Origin: a virus
IMG/VR virus record: IMGVR_UViG_3300045988_150026
Coordinates: 1 to 64,000 of that record
DNA length: 64,000 nt
Strand: one strand, 5' to 3'
Below are positions 17,385 through 25,922 of this stretch, piece by piece (position 1 is the first letter of the stretch; the number at the start of each line of letters is the position of its first letter). A model generated the notes under the pieces. That model had not been told where the DNA came from, did no database searches, and worked only from the letters and a program-made list of their open reading frames with translations. A program made the translations under genes and the position numbers.

Positions 17385-17600
17385 ATGAAAAAATCAACAA
17401 CTGTAAAAACAAGAACAATGGGATATGTATGGATTGATACTTGTAACACATTCGATCGTGGATGGGAAACAATGGTATTCCGTTGTGATGAAAATGGAAA
17501 AGTATTAGATTAGATGGATTTAGACAGTGAACTTTACATAAACGAAAATAATGCAGCTAAAGGACATGATAAAATGGTTGAAAAATGGAAATTTATGTAA
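17385..17600 (+). pseudogene. small ORF interrupted by in-frame TAG at 17511
   Basis: MKKSTTVKTRTMGYVWIDTCNTFDRGWETMVFRCDENGKVLD-TAG-MDLDSELYINENNAAKGHDKMVEKWKFM in one frame. TGGAGAG RBS before ATG 17385. Confidence 0.45.
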
Positions 17601-17616
17601 ACAAGGAGGGGAAACA

Positions 17617-18015
17617 ATGATTACATTAAAAGAATCAGTACAAGAGCAAGCATGGAACAATGCGACAGACCTTCAGATAATCAAGGCATATTTTGAGTTA
17701 AATGACTTAGAAGCTGATGGAATTGATATTATTAGCAAATTAACAAAGTCAAAAATAAACAAAATAAAAAATAAATATGCAGTAGCAGAAACATGGGTGT
17801 GTATGTTGCCATCAAAATATCTGTATGAGAATTATAGTTTGGATATAGCTGATCGATTACACGGATTGGAACTAGATTATCTGATGAATGGCTGCGAATT
17901 ATCTGATAAACAGCTTAAGTGGGCGGAAGAAAATGTTCCTAATATTAAAATGCCAAAGTGTTATTTCCATCCATTGATTGTATGGTTGGAAGAAAAAGGA
18001 ATTAAGTTCAAGTAA
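17617..18015 (+). CDS. hypothetical protein
   Basis: 132 aa. AAGGAGGGG RBS before ATG 17617. Confidence 0.6.
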   Translation: MITLKESVQEQAWNNATDLQIIKAYFELNDLEADGIDIISKLTKSKINKIKNKYAVAETWVCMLPSKYLYENYSLDIADRLHGLELDYLMNGCELSDKQLKWAEENVPNIKMPKCYFHPLIVWLEEKGIKFK

Positions 18016-18063
18016 CAATAATGTCAATATTACAAACATAATTGAATATACGAAGAGAGAATA

Positions 18064-18095
18064 AAGAGTTAGGAGATATCCCTAGCTCTTTTATA
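18064..18095 (+). terminator. rho-independent terminator
   Basis: AAGAGTTAGG pairs with CCTAGCTCTT (one G-U), followed by a T-rich tail. Confidence 0.6.
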
Positions 18096-18129
18096 TTACA
18101 ACAAAAAAGGCAAACGAAAGGAGAAAAAT

Positions 18130-18330
18130 ATGAAAGTATTAGCGGATTTTGGAGATTTTCAAGTAGTAGAATCAAAAACAGGAATTGACTTGATCGATAT
18201 TAGAAGAAGTTATAAATTGGAGGAATACAAAGAAATGAAAAAGCGAAAGAATAATCGAGAAAGAAAAGAAATTGTTTATACGATATTAATATTAGGAATT
18301 TGCATAGTTTATCATTATTTTAGATTTTAG
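18130..18330 (+). CDS. hypothetical protein with C-terminal transmembrane helix
   Basis: 66 aa. AAAGGAG RBS. Hydrophobic stretch IVYTILILGICIVYHYF. Confidence 0.55.
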   Translation: MKVLADFGDFQVVESKTGIDLIDIRRSYKLEEYKEMKKRKNNRERKEIVYTILILGICIVYHYFRF

Positions 18331-18341
18331 AAAGGGAAATT

Positions 18342-18527
18342 ATGGACAGTAGATTAAATCCGCTTCTAGTTTCCGGCACATTTAAGCCGGGGAAGGAAGT
18401 AATTGTTAGTTATAATAATGCATTATATCAATGTATTGTGTTTTGGAATAAAGAAAAAGAAAAGTCTTATATAAGTATAAACGGAAATCAATTTGATCAG
18501 TTTGACTGTTTATTGAGAGGTTGGTGA
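18342..18527 (+). CDS. hypothetical protein
   Basis: 61 aa. AAAGGGA RBS. Confidence 0.5.
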   Translation: MDSRLNPLLVSGTFKPGKEVIVSYNNALYQCIVFWNKEKEKSYISINGNQFDQFDCLLRGW

Positions 18528-18531
18528 TATT

Positions 18532-18699
18532 ATGAATTGGATAAAAGGAAAATGCCCGAACCGATCTGCGGTAGTTGTCGTTAAAGAAATGCATGGGAAT
18601 ATAACAAAACTTTCTGTAGCAGTTTACGATGAATACGAAAAGGTATTCTTTAAAAATGGAAAAGCTATTAAAAATATACAGGCATGGCGATACAAATAA
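18532..18699 (+). CDS. hypothetical protein
   Basis: 55 aa, below the track cutoff. GAGGTTGGTG upstream. Confidence 0.45.
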   Translation: MNWIKGKCPNRSAVVVVKEMHGNITKLSVAVYDEYEKVFFKNGKAIKNIQAWRYK

Positions 18700-18710
18700 T
18701 GCTATAATAA

Positions 18711-19013
18711 ATGCAAATGAGGAGGTATGCGAGGGTGCGAAGAAGTAAGATTGGAAAACCTAAAAATGCAAGTAAATTTATCTGTCTAAAATGCCTAAGT
18801 TCAACAGGAACTATTCCAGGAATACAAAGGTATTTTGGATTAAAAGAAGAAAACCATGTCAAAGATTTATGGTGTTGTAATTGTAAGGAGACAACAAAGT
18901 GTCTTGAGGTAAGAAGCAAAGATCTTTTCTATGAAAAAATGGAAAAGGCAAAAGAGATTCGGGAAAATTATTATTCAGGTGGTGACAATAATGTTGATTG
19001 TAAAGAAGATTAG
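18711..19013 (+). CDS. zinc-ribbon protein
   Basis: Up to 100 aa. The more likely start is GTG 18735, 8 nt after AGGAGG. Cysteine pairs CLKC...CCNC. Confidence 0.55.
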   Translation: MQMRRYARVRRSKIGKPKNASKFICLKCLSSTGTIPGIQRYFGLKEENHVKDLWCCNCKETTKCLEVRSKDLFYEKMEKAKEIRENYYSGGDNNVDCKED

Positions 19014-19155
19014 TGATTTTAAGCTACAAGATGGAACGAAAATGATTACGTTCCGATCAGAACATGGAATCCATTCGGTTCCTAAAACGGAGTTTCGGTG
19101 GATGCAAGAAAAAGACCGAAAAGAATTAAAAAGATTAGTACGTCAACAGATGTGA
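18991..19155 (+). CDS. hypothetical protein
   Basis: 54 aa. GGTGGTGA RBS before ATG 18991. Confidence 0.45.
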   Translation: MLIVKKISDFKLQDGTKMITFRSEHGIHSVPKTEFRWMQEKDRKELKRLVRQQM

Positions 19156-19209
19156 TATTTATGGTACAGCAAATATTGTATCATATATAAAAAGAAAGGA
19201 GATTTTAAC

Positions 19210-19290
19210 ATGAAAGCAATGATTATTTTAACAATTTTAGTAGGAGTTATCCCAGCAACAATTAAAACATTAAATGATTGGTTTGGCTAA
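19210..19290 (+). CDS. 26-aa hydrophobic peptide
   Basis: MKAMIILTILVGVIPATIKTLNDWFG. AAAGGAG RBS 8 nt upstream. Confidence 0.4.
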   Translation: MKAMIILTILVGVIPATIKTLNDWFG

Positions 19291-19330
19291 GATTATGAAA
19301 GAATTGTAAATGCAAAGGAGGTGTAGATGT

Positions 19331-19393
19331 ATGTATGGACCGTTTTTAGCAATTTGCTTCATTTTTTGGCTTTTCTTTGGTAATAAAAAATAA
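19331..19393 (+). CDS. 20-aa hydrophobic peptide
   Basis: MYGPFLAICFIFWLFFGNKK. AAGGAGG RBS upstream. An alternative ATG lies at 19327 in another frame. Confidence 0.3.
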   Translation: MYGPFLAICFIFWLFFGNKK

Positions 19394-19449
19394 GAAAAAC
19401 TATTAAAATAACTGAAAATCATGTATAATTATAGAGAAGGAACTGAATT

Positions 19450-19674
19450 ATGAATAAGGAAAGAAGAAATAGAATATCTGTTGTAAACAGTAGATTGAAT
19501 GTTCTTGCAGAGGAGCTTGAACATATAAAGGAAGAAGAGGGATATTATTATGACAACATTCCTGAAAATCTACAAGGGTCAATGAGAGCGGAAGAATCAG
19601 AAGATATTATTGATATTTTAGATGAGGTCACAGAACATATAAGAGAAGTTGTAGATCAATTAAGAGAAATTTAG
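19450..19674 (+). CDS. hypothetical acidic coiled-coil protein
   Basis: 74 aa. Confidence 0.55.
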   Translation: MNKERRNRISVVNSRLNVLAEELEHIKEEEGYYYDNIPENLQGSMRAEESEDIIDILDEVTEHIREVVDQLREI

Positions 19675-19690
19675 ATTGGAGGTAGATATT

Positions 19691-19936
19691 ATGACAAATT
19701 ACGAAAAAGCAAAAATATTGCTTGATGACGGGGTTGCAGAAAAACATTACAGCTATGATTATGCCGGAGTCATAGTGATCAATCTGGAAGATGATTTGTG
19801 TGGCTATGCGTATCCAAAAGAAAAGCGAATTGAAGTGGTTAAAAATGGATCATGTATTTGGCATGGTGATATTTCGGATGATTTGAAAAAAATTATCAGA
19901 AAAGATTTAAAAGAATTTGATATTTTACAGTGGTAA
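19691..19936 (+). CDS. hypothetical protein
   Basis: 81 aa. TGGAGG RBS before ATG 19691. Confidence 0.55.
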   Translation: MTNYEKAKILLDDGVAEKHYSYDYAGVIVINLEDDLCGYAYPKEKRIEVVKNGSCIWHGDISDDLKKIIRKDLKEFDILQW

Positions 19937-19956
19937 CAAAAAAAGGAGGTAACATC

Positions 19957-20244
19957 ATGTTTGAGCTTAAAAAAAATACAGTGGAAGTAAAACCGAATGA
20001 TTTAAAAGAAGGGTGTGCTGCCGTAGACGATATGAATGCAGATCCTGAAATAATAAAAAGTTTTGATAATAAAGAAGATGCGTTAGAAGAGCTTGAAAAA
20101 TATAAAACAGAAATTCGTAAATTTTCCTCCTCAATTGGAAGTATGTACTCTGTTACAGAGTACTATATTCAGGAAGTTGAATATGACGAAGACGGAGATT
20201 GGATTTCTGGCGGAGACGTTTGGGAAATTAGTAAGATGGAATGA
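19957..20244 (+). CDS. hypothetical acidic protein
   Basis: 95 aa. AAGGAGG RBS before ATG 19957. Confidence 0.6.
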   Translation: MFELKKNTVEVKPNDLKEGCAAVDDMNADPEIIKSFDNKEDALEELEKYKTEIRKFSSSIGSMYSVTEYYIQEVEYDEDGDWISGGDVWEISKME

Positions 20245-20274
20245 AAGAATTGATTCATTGGAAAGGAGAGCAAT

Positions 20275-20694
20275 ATGGAAGTCAAGGAACTTAAAGAATT
20301 AAACTATTATGCCGAAGTTACGCAGTGGAATGAAGATGGTATATGTGAAGCACACTGGGGCTTTCATGTTAGAAAAGAAGGCAGAGATATTTTTACGTTT
20401 CAATTAGCAAATGAATTAATTGATTTTGCGAATAAAGAATATGAAAAGAGATTTAACAAAAAAGTAGATTTTAATGTTGTAAAATTAGATATGACAAATT
20501 CTTATGAGGATGAAGATTATGTTTTAGATGATGGAGTCTCACATCCTTGCTATACTGTTGGAAAGAGAAAGATTGGCAAGTACGATAAAAGAAAAAATCT
20601 ACTTAGGATTTTCGAAGATGGGATTCCGGTATATGAGAACAATGATGGAAAAATTTGTAGAGATTCTGCTGCATTAGCAGACAGTTTAATGTAA
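20275..20694 (+). CDS. hypothetical protein
   Basis: 139 aa. AAAGGAGAG RBS. Confidence 0.6.
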   Translation: MEVKELKELNYYAEVTQWNEDGICEAHWGFHVRKEGRDIFTFQLANELIDFANKEYEKRFNKKVDFNVVKLDMTNSYEDEDYVLDDGVSHPCYTVGKRKIGKYDKRKNLLRIFEDGIPVYENNDGKICRDSAALADSLM

Positions 20695-20754
20695 ATAATT
20701 AATGGAATAATAGATCCATTTGGAATGGAATTGTCACAAAGGCAGTTCCATTTC

Positions 20755-20763
20755 TGGTATAAT
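20755..20763 (+). promoter_or_regulatory. extended -10 element TGGTATAAT
   Basis: TGnTATAAT match, 28 nt before ATG 20791. No good -35. The AATGGAA/TTCCATT inverted repeat lies just upstream. Confidence 0.4.
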
Positions 20764-20790
20764 AGAGAATATAATATTGAGGTGACATAA

Positions 20791-20991
20791 ATGTATTACA
20801 TAAAATGTGGAACAGATTATATTTGCAAAGGCTCTAATATTGCAAATGGCGAAAAATATAAAGTCGTTGGAACAATTGAAGAAGCGAGAGCATTTAAAAC
20901 ATATTTGGGCGCACAAATAGCATTGGATGTACTTGAAGATGCTAATGCTTACGACAATATAATTGATTGTGAAATAATTGAGGTGATATAG
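20791..20991 (+). CDS. hypothetical protein
   Basis: 66 aa. TGAGGTGA RBS. Confidence 0.55.
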   Translation: MYYIKCGTDYICKGSNIANGEKYKVVGTIEEARAFKTYLGAQIALDVLEDANAYDNIIDCEIIEVI

Positions 20992-21186
20992 ATGAACAAG
21001 TTACAAAAAGTATGGAATGATTTGGATAAAGCATATGAACATATGGAAAATGCAATTGAGACATTATCAAAAATGAATGCAGTGACAACTGAATTAGAAA
21101 ATGCGATCGAAAAATTTGACATGTCGGAGATTTCATATATGAAGCAACTTGTGGAAGAGATGATGGAGAATATAACATTGAGGTGA
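20992..21186 (+). CDS. hypothetical protein
   Basis: 64 aa. TGAGGTGA RBS. Confidence 0.55.
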   Translation: MNKLQKVWNDLDKAYEHMENAIETLSKMNAVTTELENAIEKFDMSEISYMKQLVEEMMENITLR

Positions 21187-21193
21187 TAATTGA

Positions 21194-21616
21194 ATGGGAA
21201 AGTATTTGGATCAGTGTGCTGATGATGCATGGGAAGTTATTAGTGGCAGAAAAAAGATTGTTGGAAATAAAATCATTGATTCTGAGATAAAAATAAACAG
21301 AGAAGATTATGGTTGGCTTGCGCCAAATGGAGAATTCTTTCTTGTCGAATTTGGTAATCACCAAGCATGGGCATCAAAATATCTTTTAGATGAATATAGA
21401 AAGGGAAAACTTGAATTAGCATGTGGCAAAAATCCAGGAGATAAATTATGCGAACTTGGATTCATCCTTATTCATAATCCACATGGATATCATTTATCCA
21501 TTACAAGAGATTCGTCAAAAAGAATAACACTTAGACAGAAGGATTTTTTATTAGATTACTTTGAGAAAAATGGATTAACAGAGTGGAGTTATAAGTTGTT
21601 AGAAGACAAAATGTAA
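21194..21616 (+). CDS. hypothetical protein
   Basis: 140 aa. TGAGGTGA RBS. Confidence 0.6.
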   Translation: MGKYLDQCADDAWEVISGRKKIVGNKIIDSEIKINREDYGWLAPNGEFFLVEFGNHQAWASKYLLDEYRKGKLELACGKNPGDKLCELGFILIHNPHGYHLSITRDSSKRITLRQKDFLLDYFEKNGLTEWSYKLLEDKM

Positions 21617-21633
21617 TGAAACCAAGTTTTCAT
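21616..21633 (+). repeat. intercistronic motif copy ATGAAA-CCAAGT-TTTCAT, perfect arms
   Basis: Overlaps TAA 21614-21616. Confidence 0.6.
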
Positions 21634-21708
21634 AAAACGGTAACGATGTCCGTAGGCAGAAAATCTCTGATGTGTTATAGTTAATTAAAAACACAAGGAG
21701 AATTTAGT

Positions 21709-21951
21709 ATGAAGAATATTGATAGAATGAAGCTGGCTCTTATAGATCAGATTACAAATATGACGACGGAACAATTCAAAAGATTGAACGATATATTGTG
21801 TGAAGAATATGACTTTGATCCTAGGTATATTAATAAAGCTGCAATATTTACTTGTGAAGATTGCAGGAGATTATATGGGAAATGTATTAAATCTGAACAA
21901 ACAAAAGAATGTGATGAGCGATTTATGAAGTATTTGGAAAGCGAAGTGTAA
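21709..21951 (+). CDS. hypothetical protein
   Basis: 80 aa. AAGGAGA RBS. Confidence 0.6.
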   Translation: MKNIDRMKLALIDQITNMTTEQFKRLNDILCEEYDFDPRYINKAAIFTCEDCRRLYGKCIKSEQTKECDERFMKYLESEV

Positions 21952-21956
21952 TTTAA

Positions 21957-21974
21957 ATGGAATCTAAGTTTCAA
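21957..21974 (+). repeat. intercistronic motif copy ATGGAA-TCTAAG-TTTCAA
   Basis: 6 nt after stop 21951. One arm mismatch. Confidence 0.45.
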
Positions 21975-21996
21975 AAACGGAACGGAGAATGATATT

Positions 21997-22479
21997 ATGG
22001 AAAATAAAAATTTAAACTGTTATGGATATTTATTAAATTGTCCAGAAGAAATGCTCGTAGATATCAATGAAACAATGAAAGATAAACAAACAACTATAAA
22101 TTGGAACAATTTTAAGGCGGGTAATGCTTTTTATGCAGAAAATACTTACAGATGTGTAATGGTAGATCACGTCATGAAAAGAATCGTATTTACAACAGAA
22201 GAAGAATATAAAAATGAGTTAGAGTTAAAACACAATGACAAATCAGTTGATGAATTGAAAATAAATTATAGAATAAGTAAAAATGCAATTGAAAATATGA
22301 TGTTGGCATACATTGATCATAAACAAGTTCTTATTGAATATGAATCAGAAATGGATGAACAAGAAATGGAAGAAGATGCAAATTATAATTTTCATAAAGG
22401 ATGTTGTGAAACAGCGGAGTGCTGGATGAGATCAATCGGTGTTAGTCCAGATTGTGAGTTTATTAGAGAAAGGTTATGA
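21997..22479 (+). CDS. hypothetical protein
   Basis: 160 aa. ACGGAGA RBS. Confidence 0.6.
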   Translation: MENKNLNCYGYLLNCPEEMLVDINETMKDKQTTINWNNFKAGNAFYAENTYRCVMVDHVMKRIVFTTEEEYKNELELKHNDKSVDELKINYRISKNAIENMMLAYIDHKQVLIEYESEMDEQEMEEDANYNFHKGCCETAECWMRSIGVSPDCEFIRERL

Positions 22480-22483
22480 TTAT

Positions 22484-22906
22484 ATGAAATATGGAGATAT
22501 CGTTGTATATAATAATCAAATTGGAACGGTAGTAAAAAGTGAAAATGATTTTAAATTTCATTCTTGTAATCGTGGATGCTGTTCGTTTAGTCTATTGGAT
22601 ACAATTACAGATAACGATGTAAGAGAAGCGACACATGATGAGAAATTGGAGTTAATAGAGAAAGAATTTACATGGGGCAATGTGTTTCAAATTCATTGCA
22701 TTGGAGAATACCAGATTGTAGAATATATTGGTAAAAGGGATAGTAAAAAACATTATCATGGATACATTAATTATAGTGATACAAATCATTCGTATTATTC
22801 TTTGGATTCTGCATTGATTGGATGTATCGGATATAAACATGAAGGTTGTAACGGAAAAGCAGCAATGTATTTTGAGAAGATGATTGGTATGGGTAATGAA
22901 ATCTAG
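22484..22906 (+). CDS. hypothetical protein
   Basis: 140 aa. ATG 22484 after GAAAGG. Confidence 0.55.
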   Translation: MKYGDIVVYNNQIGTVVKSENDFKFHSCNRGCCSFSLLDTITDNDVREATHDEKLELIEKEFTWGNVFQIHCIGEYQIVEYIGKRDSKKHYHGYINYSDTNHSYYSLDSALIGCIGYKHEGCNGKAAMYFEKMIGMGNEI

Positions 22907-22913
22907 GTTTACT
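22896..22913 (+). repeat. intercistronic motif copy ATGAAA-TCTAGG-TTTACT, degenerate right arm
   Basis: Spans the stop codon of 22484..22906. Confidence 0.4.
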
Positions 22914-22929
22914 ATGGAAGGATGATATT

Positions 22930-23139
22930 ATGAAAAAAATGAGTGGATGGAACATATATTCAAAAGAAGAATTAAAGAATTTGGATAATACAGTAATGGT
23001 TATAACTGAAATGATTCAAAACAACCATCAGGAATTAACAAGATGGAAAAAAGATAGTGGAATGTACGAATTAATTGAATGTCAGACAAATGCTTTGTAT
23101 AATGCTTTGTCAGCACTTAGAAAAGCAGTTGAAATTTAA
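22930..23139 (+). CDS. hypothetical protein
   Basis: 69 aa. GGAAGGA RBS. Confidence 0.55.
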   Translation: MKKMSGWNIYSKEELKNLDNTVMVITEMIQNNHQELTRWKKDSGMYELIECQTNALYNALSALRKAVEI

Positions 23140-23162
23140 CTTTCATGGGTAATAAGATGATT

Positions 23163-23268
23163 GTGGGTACAAGGTGTTTTCTTTATGCATATAAGAAGTC
23201 TGATTTCGAGAATCAGTTTGATAGTGCTGGACTACTGGTAAGAATGGGTTCGAGTCCCATCGCCCACA
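23163..23268 (+). tRNA. tRNA-like element, non-canonical length; candidate anticodon loop TTCGAGA (CGA, Ser)
   Basis: Canonical T-arm ATGGG-TTCGAGT-CCCAT (23244-23260). Acceptor GTGGGTA/CGCCCAC has 5 Watson-Crick pairs, a G-U and one mismatch. 5-7-5 stem-loop CTGAT-TTCGAGA-ATCAG (23200-23216). The D region (about 30 nt) and variable region (27 nt) are too long for a standard tRNA. Confidence 0.4.
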
Positions 23269-23344
23269 ACACACTGAATCAAGATTGAATGCAATAATCG
23301 AAGTAAGGAATGATTTACTTGGTAGATTGGAAGAGGTGATATAA

Positions 23345-23512
23345 ATGGCAAGAATAATAGATAAGCCAAATAAAATAAAAGCGAAACTCATTGTAGAAGT
23401 AGAAGCAGAATTCTATGATGATGAGTCATCAGAAGAAACATTAAGATATTGTGTTGAACAAGACTTAGAAGATGCAGGATTCAATGTTATTGATGTTTCA
23501 GTCATGAATTGA
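23345..23512 (+). CDS. hypothetical acidic protein
   Basis: 55 aa, below the track cutoff. AGAGGTGA RBS. Confidence 0.5.
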   Translation: MARIIDKPNKIKAKLIVEVEAEFYDDESSEETLRYCVEQDLEDAGFNVIDVSVMN

Positions 23513-23536
23513 CGATTTCATCATAGTTTATAATCT

Positions 23537-23586
23537 ATATATAGTGTATCAATGCTAATGCACATACTATATATAGTATTTTTATG
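23537..23586 (+). terminator. AT-rich hairpin, terminator or operator
   Basis: CTATATATAGT (23537-23547) pairs with ACTATATATAG (23568-23578), followed by TATTTTTA. Confidence 0.4.
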
Positions 23587-23598
23587 GAGGCGTAAAAT

Positions 23599-24294
23599 AT
23601 GGAAAATGAATATAAAGTAGAAGAGACAGATTTTGGAACAAGAACAAGTCATCCGGCGTATGGAACGATCATGTTTAATAGATCTAACGGTTGTAGAAGA
23701 AGTTTATTTGGAAGCAGTATTGAACATAGTAATGTAATTACAATGGAAGTAAAACATGCTGATATAGAACGTGGATTAAATAGCGATTGGGTTTATGGTA
23801 AAAGTCCTATTGTAGAAATAGAGATGAGTTATTCACAGTTTGCAGAAGCAATTATATCTTTTGGTCAAGGAAGTGGAATACCTTGCACTATTAGATATAC
23901 AGAAAAAGATGGTAAAATTCCTGAATGTGATTTTATCAGTAAAAGGAAACAGTTCACTGATGAATTCAAAAGTAAAACAGAAGATACGATGAATGAGTCG
24001 CAGCAGTTAATCCAAGATGTAACCGATTTATTTTCTCAGAAAAAAGCACTAACAAAGGCAGATAAAGAATCTATAATATCTAAGCTTAGAAAATTAAGCA
24101 TGGATCTTGGATGTAATTTGGATTTTATTGCAGAACAGTTTAATGTACAGATGGATAAAACGGTTATGGAGGCAAAGGGAGAAATCGAATCGTTCTGCCA
24201 GAACAAAATAAACTCTATTGCTAGTGCAGCATTAGCAGAAAATAGAAAAGAGTTTTTAAAATTGGAAAATCCAGTTGATATTGAACAAGAATAA
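23599..24294 (+). CDS. hypothetical protein
   Basis: 231 aa. TGGAGG RBS. Confidence 0.65.
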   Translation: MENEYKVEETDFGTRTSHPAYGTIMFNRSNGCRRSLFGSSIEHSNVITMEVKHADIERGLNSDWVYGKSPIVEIEMSYSQFAEAIISFGQGSGIPCTIRYTEKDGKIPECDFISKRKQFTDEFKSKTEDTMNESQQLIQDVTDLFSQKKALTKADKESIISKLRKLSMDLGCNLDFIAEQFNVQMDKTVMEAKGEIESFCQNKINSIASAALAENRKEFLKLENPVDIEQE

Positions 24295-24298
24295 ATAA

Positions 24299-24637
24299 AT
24301 GAAAAATTGCTTTCAAGCAGATTGGGATGAGAATATGAGTAACATGGGATATAGACCGAAAGTTTATGATTGTACTATAGACGGAATAAAAAGTGTCAAA
24401 GGTAAAAATTTATTTGTCTTACATTGGAAAGATTCAAAAGGTGATGGAAGTATGCCGATTAAGGTAGATCAACCATCAGAATTAATTCTTAATAGAATGA
24501 AAGAGATTGTAAATGGAAAGCGAGATAAATTATACTTAACAAGAGGAATGAGAGATATTGATGTTTTGTATCTCGGTGATAATAAATGGCAACTATATGA
24601 TGAATTTGATTTTTATGAATTTGAAATGGTGGTGTGA
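24299..24637 (+). CDS. hypothetical protein
   Basis: 112 aa. No clear RBS, so the start is uncertain. Confidence 0.5.
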   Translation: MKNCFQADWDENMSNMGYRPKVYDCTIDGIKSVKGKNLFVLHWKDSKGDGSMPIKVDQPSELILNRMKEIVNGKRDKLYLTRGMRDIDVLYLGDNKWQLYDEFDFYEFEMVV

Positions 24638-24640
24638 AAC

Positions 24641-24793
24641 ATGGTAGAAAAATGGAAAGCACAGGAGATTGTACAATATCTGGAAGAACAGCTTTCTAAT
24701 TCATTACTCAATGATGATCTTTTTGAAGCTATGGAAAATGGATATAGATGTGCAATCAATGATATTAAAGAGAAATATATTGAAGAGGATTAA
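24641..24793 (+). CDS. hypothetical protein
   Basis: 50 aa, below the track cutoff. Tight packing between neighbouring genes. Confidence 0.45.
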   Translation: MVEKWKAQEIVQYLEEQLSNSLLNDDLFEAMENGYRCAINDIKEKYIEED

Positions 24794-24795
24794 TT

Positions 24796-25077
24796 ATGAT
24801 TTGCTTAGATTGTGGTAATAGAGATATTAGATATGACGAAAAAGAGAAATCATATCATTGTAATAACTGCGGATCACGGAATCTTGGATCAATTACTTAT
24901 TCTTTCAGAAAAGGAGATAGAGTAAGGAAATTTTTTAATGATGGATGTAAAGACGGAATTGTAATTAAAGGTGCAAGTGATAAATCTGACATTCCAGTAT
25001 ATGTAAAATGGGATGATTCAGATATTATTGATATGAATGTGAAAGTTATGGAAATTGTAAAGTTGAAAGGGATGTAA
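24796..25077 (+). CDS. zinc-ribbon protein
   Basis: 93 aa. Cysteine pairs CLDC...CNNC. AGAGGA RBS. Confidence 0.6.
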   Translation: MICLDCGNRDIRYDEKEKSYHCNNCGSRNLGSITYSFRKGDRVRKFFNDGCKDGIVIKGASDKSDIPVYVKWDDSDIIDMNVKVMEIVKLKGM

Positions 25078-25079
25078 TT

Positions 25080-25286
25080 ATGAAATATAAAGTACAAATG
25101 TTAGTCACAGGGACAATAACAAAAACAATTGATGGTGCTAATTCACCTGAAGAAGCAAAAGAACTTGCAAGTGAAGAATATGGTGATAGAAGCATTGCGT
25201 TATGTTCGTATTGTGCAGGAGAAGTTGGAGGTTTATCAATTTCTGAAGATCCGGATACCTATGAAGTTGAGTTAGTGGAAGAGTAA
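25080..25286 (+). CDS. hypothetical protein
   Basis: 68 aa. AAAGGGA RBS. Confidence 0.55.
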   Translation: MKYKVQMLVTGTITKTIDGANSPEEAKELASEEYGDRSIALCSYCAGEVGGLSISEDPDTYEVELVEE

Positions 25287-25304
25287 ATGAAAGATTGTTT
25301 TCAA
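25287..25304 (+). repeat. intercistronic motif copy ATGAAA-GATTGT-TTTCAA
   Basis: Directly follows TAA 25284-25286. Confidence 0.55.
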
Positions 25305-25324
25305 TAGAAAAATGAGGTGATAAT

Positions 25325-25468
25325 ATGCAGCTTGTAACATTTAATACACAAGAAAAAGCAGAGAAATGTATCTTTGCTCTTGGAAAGAGAAAGAAAAGTT
25401 GGAGAAAGATTGAGAGCCAATTTACAGATGAAGTAAAATATCTGGTTTGGTATGAGCCTATAATGTAG
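25325..25468 (+). CDS. hypothetical protein
   Basis: 47 aa. TGAGGTGA RBS. Confidence 0.45.
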   Translation: MQLVTFNTQEKAEKCIFALGKRKKSWRKIESQFTDEVKYLVWYEPIM

Positions 25469-25483
25469 AAAGGGTGATATTTT

Positions 25484-25687
25484 ATGGACAAATCAGAAAT
25501 GACAACAAATGAAGTTGTAAATCTTCTAATGAATAAAGGAAACGAGATTGATAACAAAATTATTAATACTATATCAGAAGTTCTTAGACTTGGATATGAA
25601 ACTGATAGAGGCAAGGAATGCGTAAAAAACCTAAGGGGTTCGATAGAGTATAGTCTTGATGAAATGACAAGGATTCTAAATCGATAA
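25484..25687 (+). CDS. hypothetical protein
   Basis: 67 aa. AAAGGGTGA RBS. Confidence 0.55.
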   Translation: MDKSEMTTNEVVNLLMNKGNEIDNKIINTISEVLRLGYETDRGKECVKNLRGSIEYSLDEMTRILNR

Positions 25688-25700
25688 GGTGGAAGAAATT

Positions 25701-25922
25701 ATGGAAATTAAAAAAGATACTATGGTATTTTGTAAGAAAAATAAAAAGGTTGGAAAGTTTGTTGGATATGCTGACGAATCAAAAGAAAAATGTTTTATAG
25801 ATTTTTCATCGTCAGGTGATAATAGAGAATTGTATTGTATATTTGTGAAAGAGTTAAAAATTGAACCAACGAGGGAAGAAACAAACAGACTTGTCAAAAC
25901 GTATAACACAATGAAAATTTAG
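25701..25922 (+). CDS. hypothetical protein
   Basis: 73 aa. AAGGTGGA RBS before ATG 25701. Confidence 0.55.
   Translation: MEIKKDTMVFCKKNKKVGKFVGYADESKEKCFIDFSSSGDNRELYCIFVKELKIEPTREETNRLVKTYNTMKI

Noticed and set aside
23163-23268. The tRNA-like element as the phage attP core.
   Set aside because: It lies 2.7 kb and about 8 genes away from the integrase. The 5' acceptor strand is also present, which an att core does not need. I cannot exclude this without the host tRNA sequences, so it is kept as an alternative in the finding.
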